This document shows positions 1-10,139 of a stretch of 63,482 nt of DNA, piece after piece. The notes under the pieces are model-generated. The model did no database searches. It was given only the letters and a program-made list of their open reading frames with translations, and had not been told where the DNA came from. The stretch is taken from assembly GCF_001194135.2 (NCBI RefSeq), contig NC_068982.1:96000386-96063867 (forward strand). The letters run 5' to 3'. A program made the position numbers and the translations under genes. This DNA comes from Octopus bimaculoides. Its lineage: Eukaryota. Each line of letters starts with the position of its first letter. Positions within the stretch are counted from its first letter, which is position 1.

Positions 1-698
1 AACATGACATCATTATCACCACACACATACAGAACACAGCTATAGCCAGTTCCAGCGCCGACGTCTTCACCACCAATGTACTGTCTACCACAATGTCGTG
101 CGCCAGCAACCCCACCACCAGGGACACACCAATATCAACACACTCGGTTTTATCTTCACTGTATGAGTGGAGTATCCACTCACGGACAACAGTCAGAACT
201 AACCAACTAGAATATTCAGTACCAGGTAAAAGGTCTCAACTAGCATCCGACACTCAACTACAGCTCTGCTCACTGACCACGACTTCCTGCGTATTAGCAT
301 TCTAAATCTCCTTGCGTAACTTTTATAGGATATTCTGTACCAGGTAACACAAGTCCCAGCATCGACGCTCAACTACAGCTCTGCTCCTTTGACCACAACT
401 TCCTGCGTATGGACATGCTATAATCTTGTGTAACTCTTATACGAACTGGATTTTTTCTCTACAGACACTTTTACTATGTTCTGTGTTTTTTCTCTCTCAC
501 ACACACACTTGTGCACTCATATATTTTCTTTCCTTTCAGAAACATTGCATGCATGTATCTCACAAGTGTACATTCATTTCTTTGATTTTTCTTTGTGTGT
601 GTTTGTGCCACATCTTGTGGGTGGTTTTCAGTGGCCATCCTGCCTCAGGCGTTCCTCCAATTTCTATTTTCGTGCGTTCCGCACTGGCAGGGGAGCCC
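1..698 (+). mobile_element. Probable 3' internal region of an LTR retrotransposon (Gypsy-like), truncated by the window edge
   Basis: Stop-free Ser/Thr-rich frame from base 3 to 305, a ~118-bp tandem duplication, and a purine tract GGCAGGGGAG just before the LTR-like TGTAGTAAC at 699. No RT or integrase motif is visible, so the class is inferred. Confidence 0.4.
212..443 (+). repeat. Two diverged tandem units of ~118 bp
   Basis: ATATTC(A/T)GTACCAGGTAA...CTCAACTACAGCTCTGCTC...CTTCCTGCGTAT...GTAACT(T/C)TTATA starts at 212 and again at 330. Confidence 0.85.
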
Positions 699-978
699 TG
701 TAGTAACGCCTTGTCTCGTGCGCATGCGTAGTCATCAATATCCAAGTTTGGCGCCCTAATTCTCTCTCTTTTCTCGCCGGCCGGCGACGATGGCAGACGT
801 CCAACAGCGGAACTCTCTAACATGTCAGCACCAGAGCTTCACAAATAACTGCTGCCTATTTTCACCATAAATAAATATTGTTGTGTTGATAGTTCGGAGT
901 CAGCGTTTCGTTGTTTATTTAGAATTTTAATATAGGAAAGCAGGTGTACACCTAATGGTGTATAACCACTTTCCTATA
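699..978 (+). mobile_element. LTR-like element, copy 1 (TGTAG...CTATA)
   Basis: Shares its start (TGTAGTAACG...GTGCGCATGCGTAGTC), AATAAA (870) and ~110-bp 3' end (GTTGATAGT...TATAGGAA...TGTATAACCA.CTTTCCTATA) with 13003-13411. Confidence 0.6.
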
Positions 979-1237
979 GGGGCTTCGCCTCTTTGCCTCC
1001 ACGAGGCCCTACAAAAGTTAACCTTAATAACTGATGTATGTAAAAAGACTGAATCAGCAGCACTTTCACAAGGTAGCCATTTTGTATTTATCTGGAATAT
1101 TAACCACTGGTAAACCAAGACACTTAAATATTGAAAAGGAAACCTTCCTAGTTATATCATGAACTGAAAAAAAATAGCATTTTCTGCTTGACCAAACATC
1201 TAAATTGGTCTTTGATCATAGACTATAATAATATATT

Positions 1238-1584
1238 ACGGAGATGCACTTGCATAGCAAGTGACCTGATCTGAGATCGTGTGCTGGAACGAAAACAATT
1301 GCAGCGTGGAAGGTGTTTATAAGCCATTTAAAATAACACACAAAATCCGTTAGATTCACTTCAACATTTAAATTTAATTTGTCAAAATATTTTCGTCACT
1401 TTGAGACCGCGACCTAATCACTGACAAAATTCTGTGCAGCACAGAATTTTGTCAGTGAACAGGTCGCGGTCTCAAAGCGACGAAAATATTTTGACAAATT
1501 AAATTTAAATGTTGAAGTGAATCTAACGGATTTTGTGTGTTATTTTAAATGGCTTATAAACACCTTCCACGCTGCAATTGTTAA
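1238..1584. repeat. Foldback element: 289-bp near-perfect palindrome (1294-1582) plus a 56-bp unpaired left extension
   Basis: 144-bp arms centred on A1438, 3 mismatches counted by eye. TAATAATATATT direct repeat at 1226-1237 and 1585-1596. Confidence 0.85.
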
Positions 1585-1639
1585 TAATAATATATTTTCA
1601 GCAAAAATTGTGATCACAATTATATTTCAATAAACACCT

Positions 1640-2780
1640 TTTAACAGGATAATTTTCTTAACTTTTCAAATGTGAAGTAAAAGAGATAAGTCAATAATTG
1701 GTAGATTAGGAAAGGATGCTGTTTTAGGGAATGGAATAAACTCTGACCATGTTCTTAAAATCAGAAGAGACCCGTGTAGAAAGAGAAGATTCATGAGTTT
1801 AGCAATGATAAGATTCAACTCAGGAGCGCAACATTTAAGGGTAATCAAAGGTACATTTATGGAATCATTGTCTTTATTGATCTGAAGCATACAGAGGTGT
1901 TTCCTTAGTTGTATGTGTGTATAACACAGTGATGCTGACAGAGATGAGAGTAAAGTTTTGAAAGAGTCTTCTTTGTATTGTAGAGTTGGAAGCAATTCCT
2001 GTACCCACCATTAATGACTATTAGACACAAGAATTTTGAAAAGTTGGTAAAGTTCCATGTAACAAGAGACCAGAAGAACTGAAGGTAACAGGAAAGTTTG
2101 TAGACTGAGCAATGCACAAAGACATTTTACTTCTTCAGTGGGAGTTTGCATGCAGTCTACTTGGTGAAAGAGATAGCCCCAGATCTGGTATTATCTGAGA
2201 GGTAACCATGTTTCATAAGTGGGGAGAACATTGGAACTCAGTACTGTGTGTTCAATGAAATAGGTAGACAGAAGTTGTATTGGAATGTCTTGCAGATTGA
2301 CAGAGAGCCAGGACTTCAGATAATCAGCAGCGGTATGACTTATAAAGAGAAGCCATTAAGTATTTGAGACAGCTCACTAAACACAGACAGTTGCTTGGCA
2401 CCTAAGTGATCAAAGTAGAACTAGAGGTTGTAGCAAAAACATAGTTACTCAAGTGAAGTAGGAAGGGAAAAAATTCAGAGTACAGTTGACAACTAAGGGT
2501 TTCTTGTTATGTTCCAGAATCAAACTATAAAACAAGTTTAATGAGTAGGATGCATGTTAGATCTGCAGGGGAAAGAGAGAGAGAGAGTATTCTAATTGAT
2601 ATGAATGGTTCCCGTGTAGGAATTGCAAAGTTCAGATAAAAAGAATAAAGACAGCTAACACTGAAAGACACACGCACCAATGCTATATAGTTCTTGTGTC
2701 AAATAGTTGAAGATTCGCTGATGTCAAGGGCAACAAGACAGATTTCGACAGAGTTCAAGCTTGAGAGATCACCAAACATA
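1640..2780 (-). mobile_element. Decayed CR1/L2/Jockey-type LINE fragment
   Basis: Minus-strand translation LKCCAPELNLIIAKLMNL..G....W...IPFPK resembles the motif just before the RT domain of these LINEs; many stops. Confidence 0.5.
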
Positions 2781-3740
2781 TAATGATGTCATCATTAAAG
2801 TGAATCTCGTAGTCACCGAAAATATCAACAATATTTCAACTAAAAAAAAAGAAAGACTGATAATCCATAAATGTATATTTGTTTCTTTGATATATTCTGT
2901 AATATTTAAAAAATAATAATAATGAATGAGGGAAGGAAACGAAGATATTTTACGAAAACAAGGCTTAGTTAGATTTGTGTAAGCTTGTATCACTTAGTAT
3001 GTCCTGTATTTGTCAAAGTTATTACGGTAAACAAACGAGAAAGAGAAGGAAAATAGTAAGTGGACCTATTATCAGTTCTTTATTTTTAAGATTATCTATC
3101 TTTCGAATTTTAGTGAAAACATGCCCGCTCTTGACGAGCTTTATTTGGGCCGTTTAAAAGAAATAGATGAATAAACAAAGTAGGGCTACTTTCGATAAGC
3201 ACCTCCCATTATATAGGTATATAGTTACGAAAAAAAAAAAAGTAATATGTTGACGAACGAATTACGAACAGTGGTCACTGTTTATAGTACTATCGATATG
3301 CAAACATAGTCAGCGAAATTCAGCACACTATCTACCCTATCTGTGTGATATTATGTTAATGTGACATTGCATATTGTTTTGCATGCCTGTATGCCGGGAA
3401 ATTTATTTAATGTGATCACCTTTTCGATGTCAGAAACTGTTTTCTGGATATGGTGCTTGGATGACATTAGTAAATTTCGAAACTCACTTGTAACTAAAAT
3501 ACCGGTTGCCAACAATACTTATGTTTATATATGCTAGATAGAGAATTGCTATTTTTGGTAGTTGTACCCTATTTTATTTGATACCATACAAAAAATTTAC
3601 ATGCTGGTAGATATTTTGTATTGTCAGTAATGTTGCACTGTTGCATACATATGAAGTTGGTGGATAATTGCCTCACGCATAAGCGGTTTCTCTTTGATGA
3701 CTGGTTGTTTCACAGTAGCGTCTGTCATCCTATATACTCT

Positions 3741-3936
3741 CTCTCTTTACTCTTTTACTTGTTTCAGTCATTTGACTGCGGTCATGCTGGAGCACCGTCT
3801 TTAGTCGAGAAAATCGACCCACTACTTATTCTTTGTAAGCCTAGTACTTATACTATAGGTCACTTTTTGCCGAACCGCTAAGTTACGGGGACGTAAACAC
3901 ACCAGCATCGGTTGTCAAGCGATGGTGGGGGGACAA

Positions 3937-3967
<31 letters not shown>

Positions 3968-4130
3968 CAACGGGCTTCTTTCAATTTCCGTCTACCAAAT
4001 CCACTCACAAGGCTTTGGTCGACCCGAGGCTATAGTAGAAGACACTTGCCCAAGGTGCCAGGCAGTGGGACTGAACCCGGAACCATGTGGTTGGTAAGCA
4101 AGCTACTTACCACACAGCCACTCCTGCGCC
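3741..4130 (-). mobile_element. tRNA-derived SINE, family A, full length
   Basis: Minus strand: GAGTGGCTGTGTGGTAAG (A box)...GGTTCAGTCCC (B box)...CCTTGGGCAAGTGTCTT core, (TA)(TG) microsatellite, tail GACTGAAACAAGTAAAAGAG. Near-identical to 47454-47825. Confidence 0.9.
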
Positions 4131-5608
4131 TATACATTAGGTCAATTTATCTTTCTGTTGTTTATTTTCTTCGTTTCGGATATTCATATGATGTTGGGGT
4201 CCATATCAACAAACACCTCTTTTTTGGGTACAGCACCTTTACCAAGATCTGCTCCTTTTGATGTTTAAAGTAACATTCGAAATGACCTGACGATTTAAGA
4301 TTTCATCTCAAAACAGTGTGCACCTTTTACAGGACGGCATGTCTTAGCAGAGGCTGTGCATATACCTACTCTTCCAGTATAGGATATTAGTTATTTTGTA
4401 ACTTATTCATAACTGGTCTCCGTGTACTGAAGCTATTCCTATATCGACCACTTGAAGGATCAATAAATAGAGTACTCACACCTCTAGGTCTGGCTAAGGG
4501 TATTACCAACTTGGGTAGTCACTCTGGGTGTTTTGTACTTGTGGGCGCCACATCTTGTATTTGGGGGTCTTCAAAATAAAAGAGGAAAATAAAAATGATG
4601 AATAAAATAATGCTTTATTCTTATAGTTAATAAACTATAGAAAACATTCCTGCTTTTACTGGTTTTACTTGTGAAAAAAAATTTTTTTTAAGGGATTCAT
4701 TTGTAAGGGTGCCAAGATTCAGCTTGCTGAGAGCACAATACTTGGATCATTTGTGTAGTTTACATTACTGAAATTTTGATAAGTTAAAAAATGTATTCAT
4801 TAAACTTAGCCAAATCTCACCTCAAATCGCATAGCACTGTATTAAATAAGGAAAGGACACATTAGGTAATGTAGTACTAATGTGTACTACAAACCTCACA
4901 AAAGTCAGGATGTTCATGGCTAGAATGCCTCATATTATGTCTGCTTGATTTCAGTTGATCGAAGATTAAACAACAACTGTATCTTTTCCAAGACTTTAGC
5001 ATTACTCTCCTCTTTCACCTAATCCTAACTGTTGTGTATCCCCCCACCCACTAGGCTCTTCTTGTTTACTTCCTGTTCTAACTTTCAATATCAGTCTTTT
5101 CTCATTAACATTAATATTTAACAAACTGATATCTTGCTCTATCGTTTTATTTCAGGATGCCTGGTAACATTAGGACAACAGTTCGTCACTCAGGGTTCTA
5201 CAACAAATTAATGAAGACTGTCACAAACTCTAGAAATGACATTATCAGAGAATACAAGTAATGATGTTAATATAATCTTTAAAAAGTCTGAAGATAGACA
5301 TATTAGTTGAAACTTAAAAGATAAAGTTAATTGGTTGGTATATATCTGAACCAGTACATGCATCTTGAAGTGATTCTGATTACAAGAAAATTATCCATTT
5401 TGAAAAATGACTTTATCCGAAGAATGCACTTTGACAGCGTTTTATCTGAACATTTTTACTGGACAATCTACAATCCATTGTCAGAGATAATAAACTAATG
5501 TCAGTGGGAAATTTTGAATTGAAGTCCTTGTGGATATTATGTCTCTTAGACAGCCACTCCAACAATTTTGAATATTAGGAAATGAGTTTTATTTGTATTT
5601 TATGAAGA

Positions 5609-6973
5609 ATGGATGATACTATGGAAAAGAAATTGTCTATAAGTCATGTTTCTGGTGAAGTACAATCTGATAATGGAGATTTATCACATCAAACACATGT
5701 AGACATAGAGAAGCAATCATATACGTGTGACGTTTGTGGAAAAATATTCTCCAAGAATTGTGTTTTAACTTCTCACAAATGCATTCACACAGGTGAGAAA
5801 CTATACCACTGTGATATCTGTGGTAAAAAATTCTCACACAAAAGAACATTAATTTATCATAACCATATTCACACAGGTGAGAAACCATACCATTGTGATA
5901 TTTGTGGTAGAGCATTTCCACATATGAGAACATTAACTTCTCACAAACATATTCACACAGGAAAGAAACCATACCACTGTGACATTTGTGGTAAAACATT
6001 TTCTGAAAGTGGAACGCTAACTCGTCATAAACGTATTCACACTGGAGAGAAACCATATCTCTGTGACACCTGTGGCAAAGCATTTACTCGCAGTGTACAT
6101 TTGACTCGTCACAAACGCACTCATACAGGTGAAGAACCATACCACTGTGATATTTGTGGTAAAACCTTTTCGCAAAGTAGTACATTAACTTCTCACGTAC
6201 GTATACATACTGGTGAGAAGCCATATCACTGTGATATCTGTGGTAAGACGTTTTCCAAGAACTGTAATGTAACTCGTCATAAACATATTCATACAGGTGA
6301 AAAACCTTACCATTGTGATATTTGTGGCAAAGCATTTTCTCTCAGGTGTAACTTAACTTATCATAAACATACACACACTGGTGAGAAACCATACCATTGC
6401 AATGTCTGTGATAAAACATTCTCACATATGTGTAAATTAACTTACCATAAATATATTCACACAGGTGAGAGACCTTACCACTGTGATATCTGTGGTAAAA
6501 CATTTTCTCAGAGTACATATTTGAATTATCATAAACAAACTCACACTGGTGAGAAACCATATCATTGTGATGTCTGTGGTAAAAAATTCACAAAGAGTAG
6601 TTCATTAACATCTCATATACGTATTCACACAGGTGAAAAACCATTCTCTTGTGATATTTGTGGTAAAACGTTTGCTGAAAGAGGAACATTAAATCGCCAC
6701 AAACATATCCACACTGGTGAAAAACCATATCATTGTGATATCTGCGGTAAAACGTTTACTCATAAAGCAACTTTGACTCATCATAAATCCACTCACACAG
6801 GTGAGAAACCATATCATTGTAACATTTGTGGTAAAGCTTTCACACAGAGTAGTGCATTATCTTCTCATAAACGAATTCACACTGGCGAGAAACCATTTCA
6901 CTGTGATGTTTGTGATAAAACATTTTCTCACAAGAGTAATTTAATAGGTCATCAGCTTAAGTCACACAAGTAA
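5609..6973 (+). CDS. C2H2 zinc-finger protein, 15 tandem fingers, 454 aa, single coding exon, no recognisable effector domain
   Basis: Uninterrupted ORF: 37-aa leader, 14 x 28-aa YxCxxCGKxFxxxxxLxxHxxxHTGEKP units, and a final finger. A polypyrimidine/TTTCAG acceptor at 5155 suggests an upstream non-coding exon. Confidence 0.95.
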   Translation: MDDTMEKKLSISHVSGEVQSDNGDLSHQTHVDIEKQSYTCDVCGKIFSKNCVLTSHKCIHTGEKLYHCDICGKKFSHKRTLIYHNHIHTGEKPYHCDICGRAFPHMRTLTSHKHIHTGKKPYHCDICGKTFSESGTLTRHKRIHTGEKPYLCDTCGKAFTRSVHLTRHKRTHTGEEPYHCDICGKTFSQSSTLTSHVRIHTGEKPYHCDICGKTFSKNCNVTRHKHIHTGEKPYHCDICGKAFSLRCNLTYHKHTHTGEKPYHCNVCDKTFSHMCKLTYHKYIHTGERPYHCDICGKTFSQSTYLNYHKQTHTGEKPYHCDVCGKKFTKSSSLTSHIRIHTGEKPFSCDICGKTFAERGTLNRHKHIHTGEKPYHCDICGKTFTHKATLTHHKSTHTGEKPYHCNICGKAFTQSSALSSHKRIHTGEKPFHCDVCDKTFSHKSNLIGHQLKSHK

Positions 6974-7140
6974 GAAGCCATAACAACAACATCGCAAGTA
7001 AAACATTCCCTGCAAACATTATCTAAACTTCTTATTGACATACACAATTAAAATGATACCTCTGTGGTATTTGTAACAAAATATTTTCACATGAAAGTAA
7101 ATTAAGTTCTTGTAAATGTATTCACGCAGATGAGAAGTCA
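6974..7140 (+). pseudogene. Eroded zinc-finger units downstream of the stop codon
   Basis: 7063 onward translates CGICNKIFSHESKLSSCKCIHADEKS; 6975-7060 looks like another decayed unit. Confidence 0.7.
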
Positions 7141-7300
7141 TCCTGTTGAAACACTCCTATACAGGGAAAAAATTAATAATTCCATGTTCAACGCACAGGA
7201 GAGTAATATGGTGTTATGTATAGGAAATTTTCCCTTGTTTTGTGTTGTAGCAAGACATCACTTTTTCTCTCTGTTAATACATTAATCAAAATTCCTTTAA

Positions 7301-7500
7301 CTCTTTGGTTTTTAAACTGGCCATATAAGGCCCTAAGATTCTACCTCTTTTATGTTCAAACTAGCCTGATCCAGCTTCTCACATCTAAATAAATAATCAC
7401 ATCATCAATATCTCAAAGCTATAAGATGACGTATGATTAATTTTTTAAAATGTGAATAAATAATTATTACATTTGACAGAGTAATCTGAATGTTGAAGAG
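7301..7500 (+). mobile_element. piggyBac-like MITE
   Basis: TTAA on both sides (TTAA|CTCTTTGG...TGAAGAG|TTAA); homologous to 18624-18840. Confidence 0.65.
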
Positions 7501-7861
7501 TTAATGCTCTCATTAGTTATTTAAATAAGCAACTTCCATCATGTTAAACTTATGAGAAAAATTTCATCATATGCAATAAACCAAATGAGTTCAATTTCTG
7601 TAACTAGTTCCTAAATTTGTTAAGTATTGGGAGGCCCATTTGTGACTGATTTCATGTTATGTATGTTGACAAATCTCCCTCCAAGCCATACCTACAGAAG
7701 TTGTTGAATTCAGTGCGGCCAGCTAATAAGCCACTTGTCAGTATTATAATGCTGTCAAGTGGTGAGTTTTTTTTAAAATGCAAAATATACTATCATGTCT
7801 GTAGTAAAGTATTCTCTCATTATTGTAGTTTGACTTGTGGAGGGCTTCATTTAGTTAGGAA

Positions 7862-8037
7862 ACAACACCATCATCATCATCATCATCATAGTTTAACGTC
7901 CGCCTTCCATGCTAGCATGGGTTGGACGATTTGACTGAGGACTGGTGAAACCGGATGGCAACACCAGGCTCCAATCTAATTTGGCAGAGTTTCTACAGCT
8001 GGATGCCCTTCCTAACGCCAACCACTCAGAGAGTGTA
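7862..8037 (-). mobile_element. RTE-LINE 3'-tail element (family B), 5' truncated
   Basis: (CAT)n GTTTAACGTCCGC...GGATGCCCTTCCTAACGCCAACCACTC matches the 3' end of the RT-bearing copies at 10350 and 39908. Confidence 0.85.
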
Positions 8038-8829
8038 AGGGTTAGGGTTAGACTGCAAAATGTTCTCTCATTATAACAATGTCCTACATGAATACACATA
8101 ACAACTTACCTTTAAAACAATGCATTTAATTGAAAGAAACTGTCACAATCGAAATTACCACACTGGAATTTTAAGACAGTAAGTCTTAGAGAATGGATGA
8201 AATAGTTTTTATAATGAAATTTTGTTGAAATTATTTAAGAAATAGTCATAAAACAACACATGTAATATTTACTATTCCTGGTTCTATGAAGTATTTTGCT
8301 TTTATTATAGTAGTAGTTACACATTTTTGAGAAACCCTTCTTCAAAATACCCAAAGATATTATAGATGTATTTGTTCTACTCTAAAATATTTATGTATTA
8401 AATTCTTCCAAATTGTTTCTTCTGGTATGGACAGAAGCTAGAACTTACATTTCTTATTTTATAAAATTTGTTTTGGAATTCTCAGAGAGTAAAATTGAAG
8501 AGTTTTGCAATGATAAAAACTAGTTCTAGATCTTACACGAAATAACATGCTAAAAAAGTTTACCATCACAGTATGTACTGATTGAATTCTTTCTGACAAG
8601 CTTCCAACTGAAGTAATGAGAAGTAGATAAAGTCTATACGTAGGTATCTTAGCTCCAAGATTCTCATGCCAGACATATTCAAATATTTTGGTGATATCAA
8701 ATGGAGTAAAATTGCTTTCACTGAACTTATTAAAGGCAAAGTACTATTTGTGAGTGACATAGTTTCCTTTGTAAATTTCATTGTGTAAGCCATACTGTTG
8801 GTTACAAGGAAAGAGAAAAAAATTAAAGA

Positions 8830-9560
8830 ATTAAGATTGTTATATTCATTTTTATGATTGTTTGAAATGAGGTGAGTAAATTTGGAAAGGTTGCTGGAAG
8901 AATTTTAGCTAGGATGTTTGGATTTGTGTTAGGATATATAACCATAGATACCATGTTTCTAGTGAAACAACTGCAAGAGAAGTTTTTGGTTAGGAAGAGA
9001 CAAAAATTTTCTTTGCTTTTATTGATCTTCTTTGGATATTCTTTAAGGATCCTTTTTCTTATTATAGCTTTTGAGCTGATAATTTTTTGGAGGCATTGAA
9101 TGCATTGCTTTTAGCATGAAAATCCATGTAACCAAGACAAAGTTTGTATCCTATGGTATCTTTCCCTCTGAAAGGATCCCTGTCATAGTCATTGGTGTGA
9201 TTTTAAAGACGGCTGATCAATTCAGGTACTTTGGTACTATTTTCACTGCCATAAGCCAGAGTAAAGATGAGATAGACATTCGCAACAACTATGCATGGAG
9301 TGTGTTCTGCCAACTTGAAAGCCAGGTTTGTTTAAGGTGAGAAATCCATCTAGCAACAAAAGTTCTCGTCTAGCAAGGACTTCTTATCCTGCTTTATGGC
9401 TGCAAGATATAGCCAATGAGCAGTATACTAATGAAAGAAAACGGAAAGTATTTAACCAGTCTTGCCTTTTCAAAGTATTGGAGATGATTGCCTCCTTTGC
9501 ACACATGATGTTTGAAGTGAGTGTATTAGGTTGATATTTGGTGAGTTTGGAAAGGTTGCT
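8830..9560 (+). mobile_element. Old RTE-type LINE RT fragment
   Basis: Translations MFGFVLGYITIDTMFLVKQLQEKF and QFRYFGTIF...KDEIDIRNNYAWSVF resemble RTE RT motifs (FGFxxGxSTIDAxF..QxxEK; FxYLG...ExxxRIxxAWxxF); frameshifted. Confidence 0.65.
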
Positions 9561-10139
9561 CATTTTTGGTGGTAGAACATACTCAGAACTTGAGAGAGCA
9601 AGATTGAAAAGTTTTACAATGATAAAATTTAATTGTAGAGCACATTTGAGAGTAATGGCAAGTACATAATCTGGGCCAGTGTTCTTGTTTATTTGTAGTG
9701 CTCAAATATTTGGTAACTATAAATAAAATTTTTATTGAGTGTATGCATTGTGGAGTTGGGAACAATGCAGGCAGTGAATGGGAAAACTTCCTCTGAAAGA
9801 GTGCTAATCGTGGAGAAATTTTGGTTAAGGAGTGAAGTGGATCTAGATTTTTAAATGTTGATAGAGATTCATGTGGCAAGGGACCAGAACAGGCCACCAT
9901 TTGGGAGACAGGAGTGTTTGCATGTGGGCAAATGTACAAAGACATCTTTTAAAATGTAAAACACTGATAGACAGACAGCCTCAAACCCCAGTAACACTTG
10001 AAAAGTAGACTTGCTTTAGTAGTAACAAGAATGTATGTAGGATCTGTGAACAATGTAATGATTCCACAAAAGAGACAGGATCTCTGATGATCTGATAGAG
10101 AACTAGGATTTCAAATAAGATATATGCATAGGAATGGTT

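Noticed and set aside
1238-1584. Hammerhead ribozyme in the palindromic element (Penelope signature)
   Set aside because: No CUGANGA...GAAA core with proper stems found by eye.
3741-4130. tRNA genes at SINE heads (also 33170, 47454, 54600, 59433)
   Set aside because: A/B boxes are present but no complete cloverleaf; each runs into SINE body sequence.
3912-4261. Short recurring ORFs such as ...CPRCQAVGLNPEPCGW and MVPGSIPLRG
   Set aside because: Chance frames within SINE family A copies, not genes.
5637-6560. Antisense ORFs rich in Tyr/His/Met over the ZNF gene
   Set aside because: Shadow frames of the periodic finger repeat; same cause for 12635-12918.
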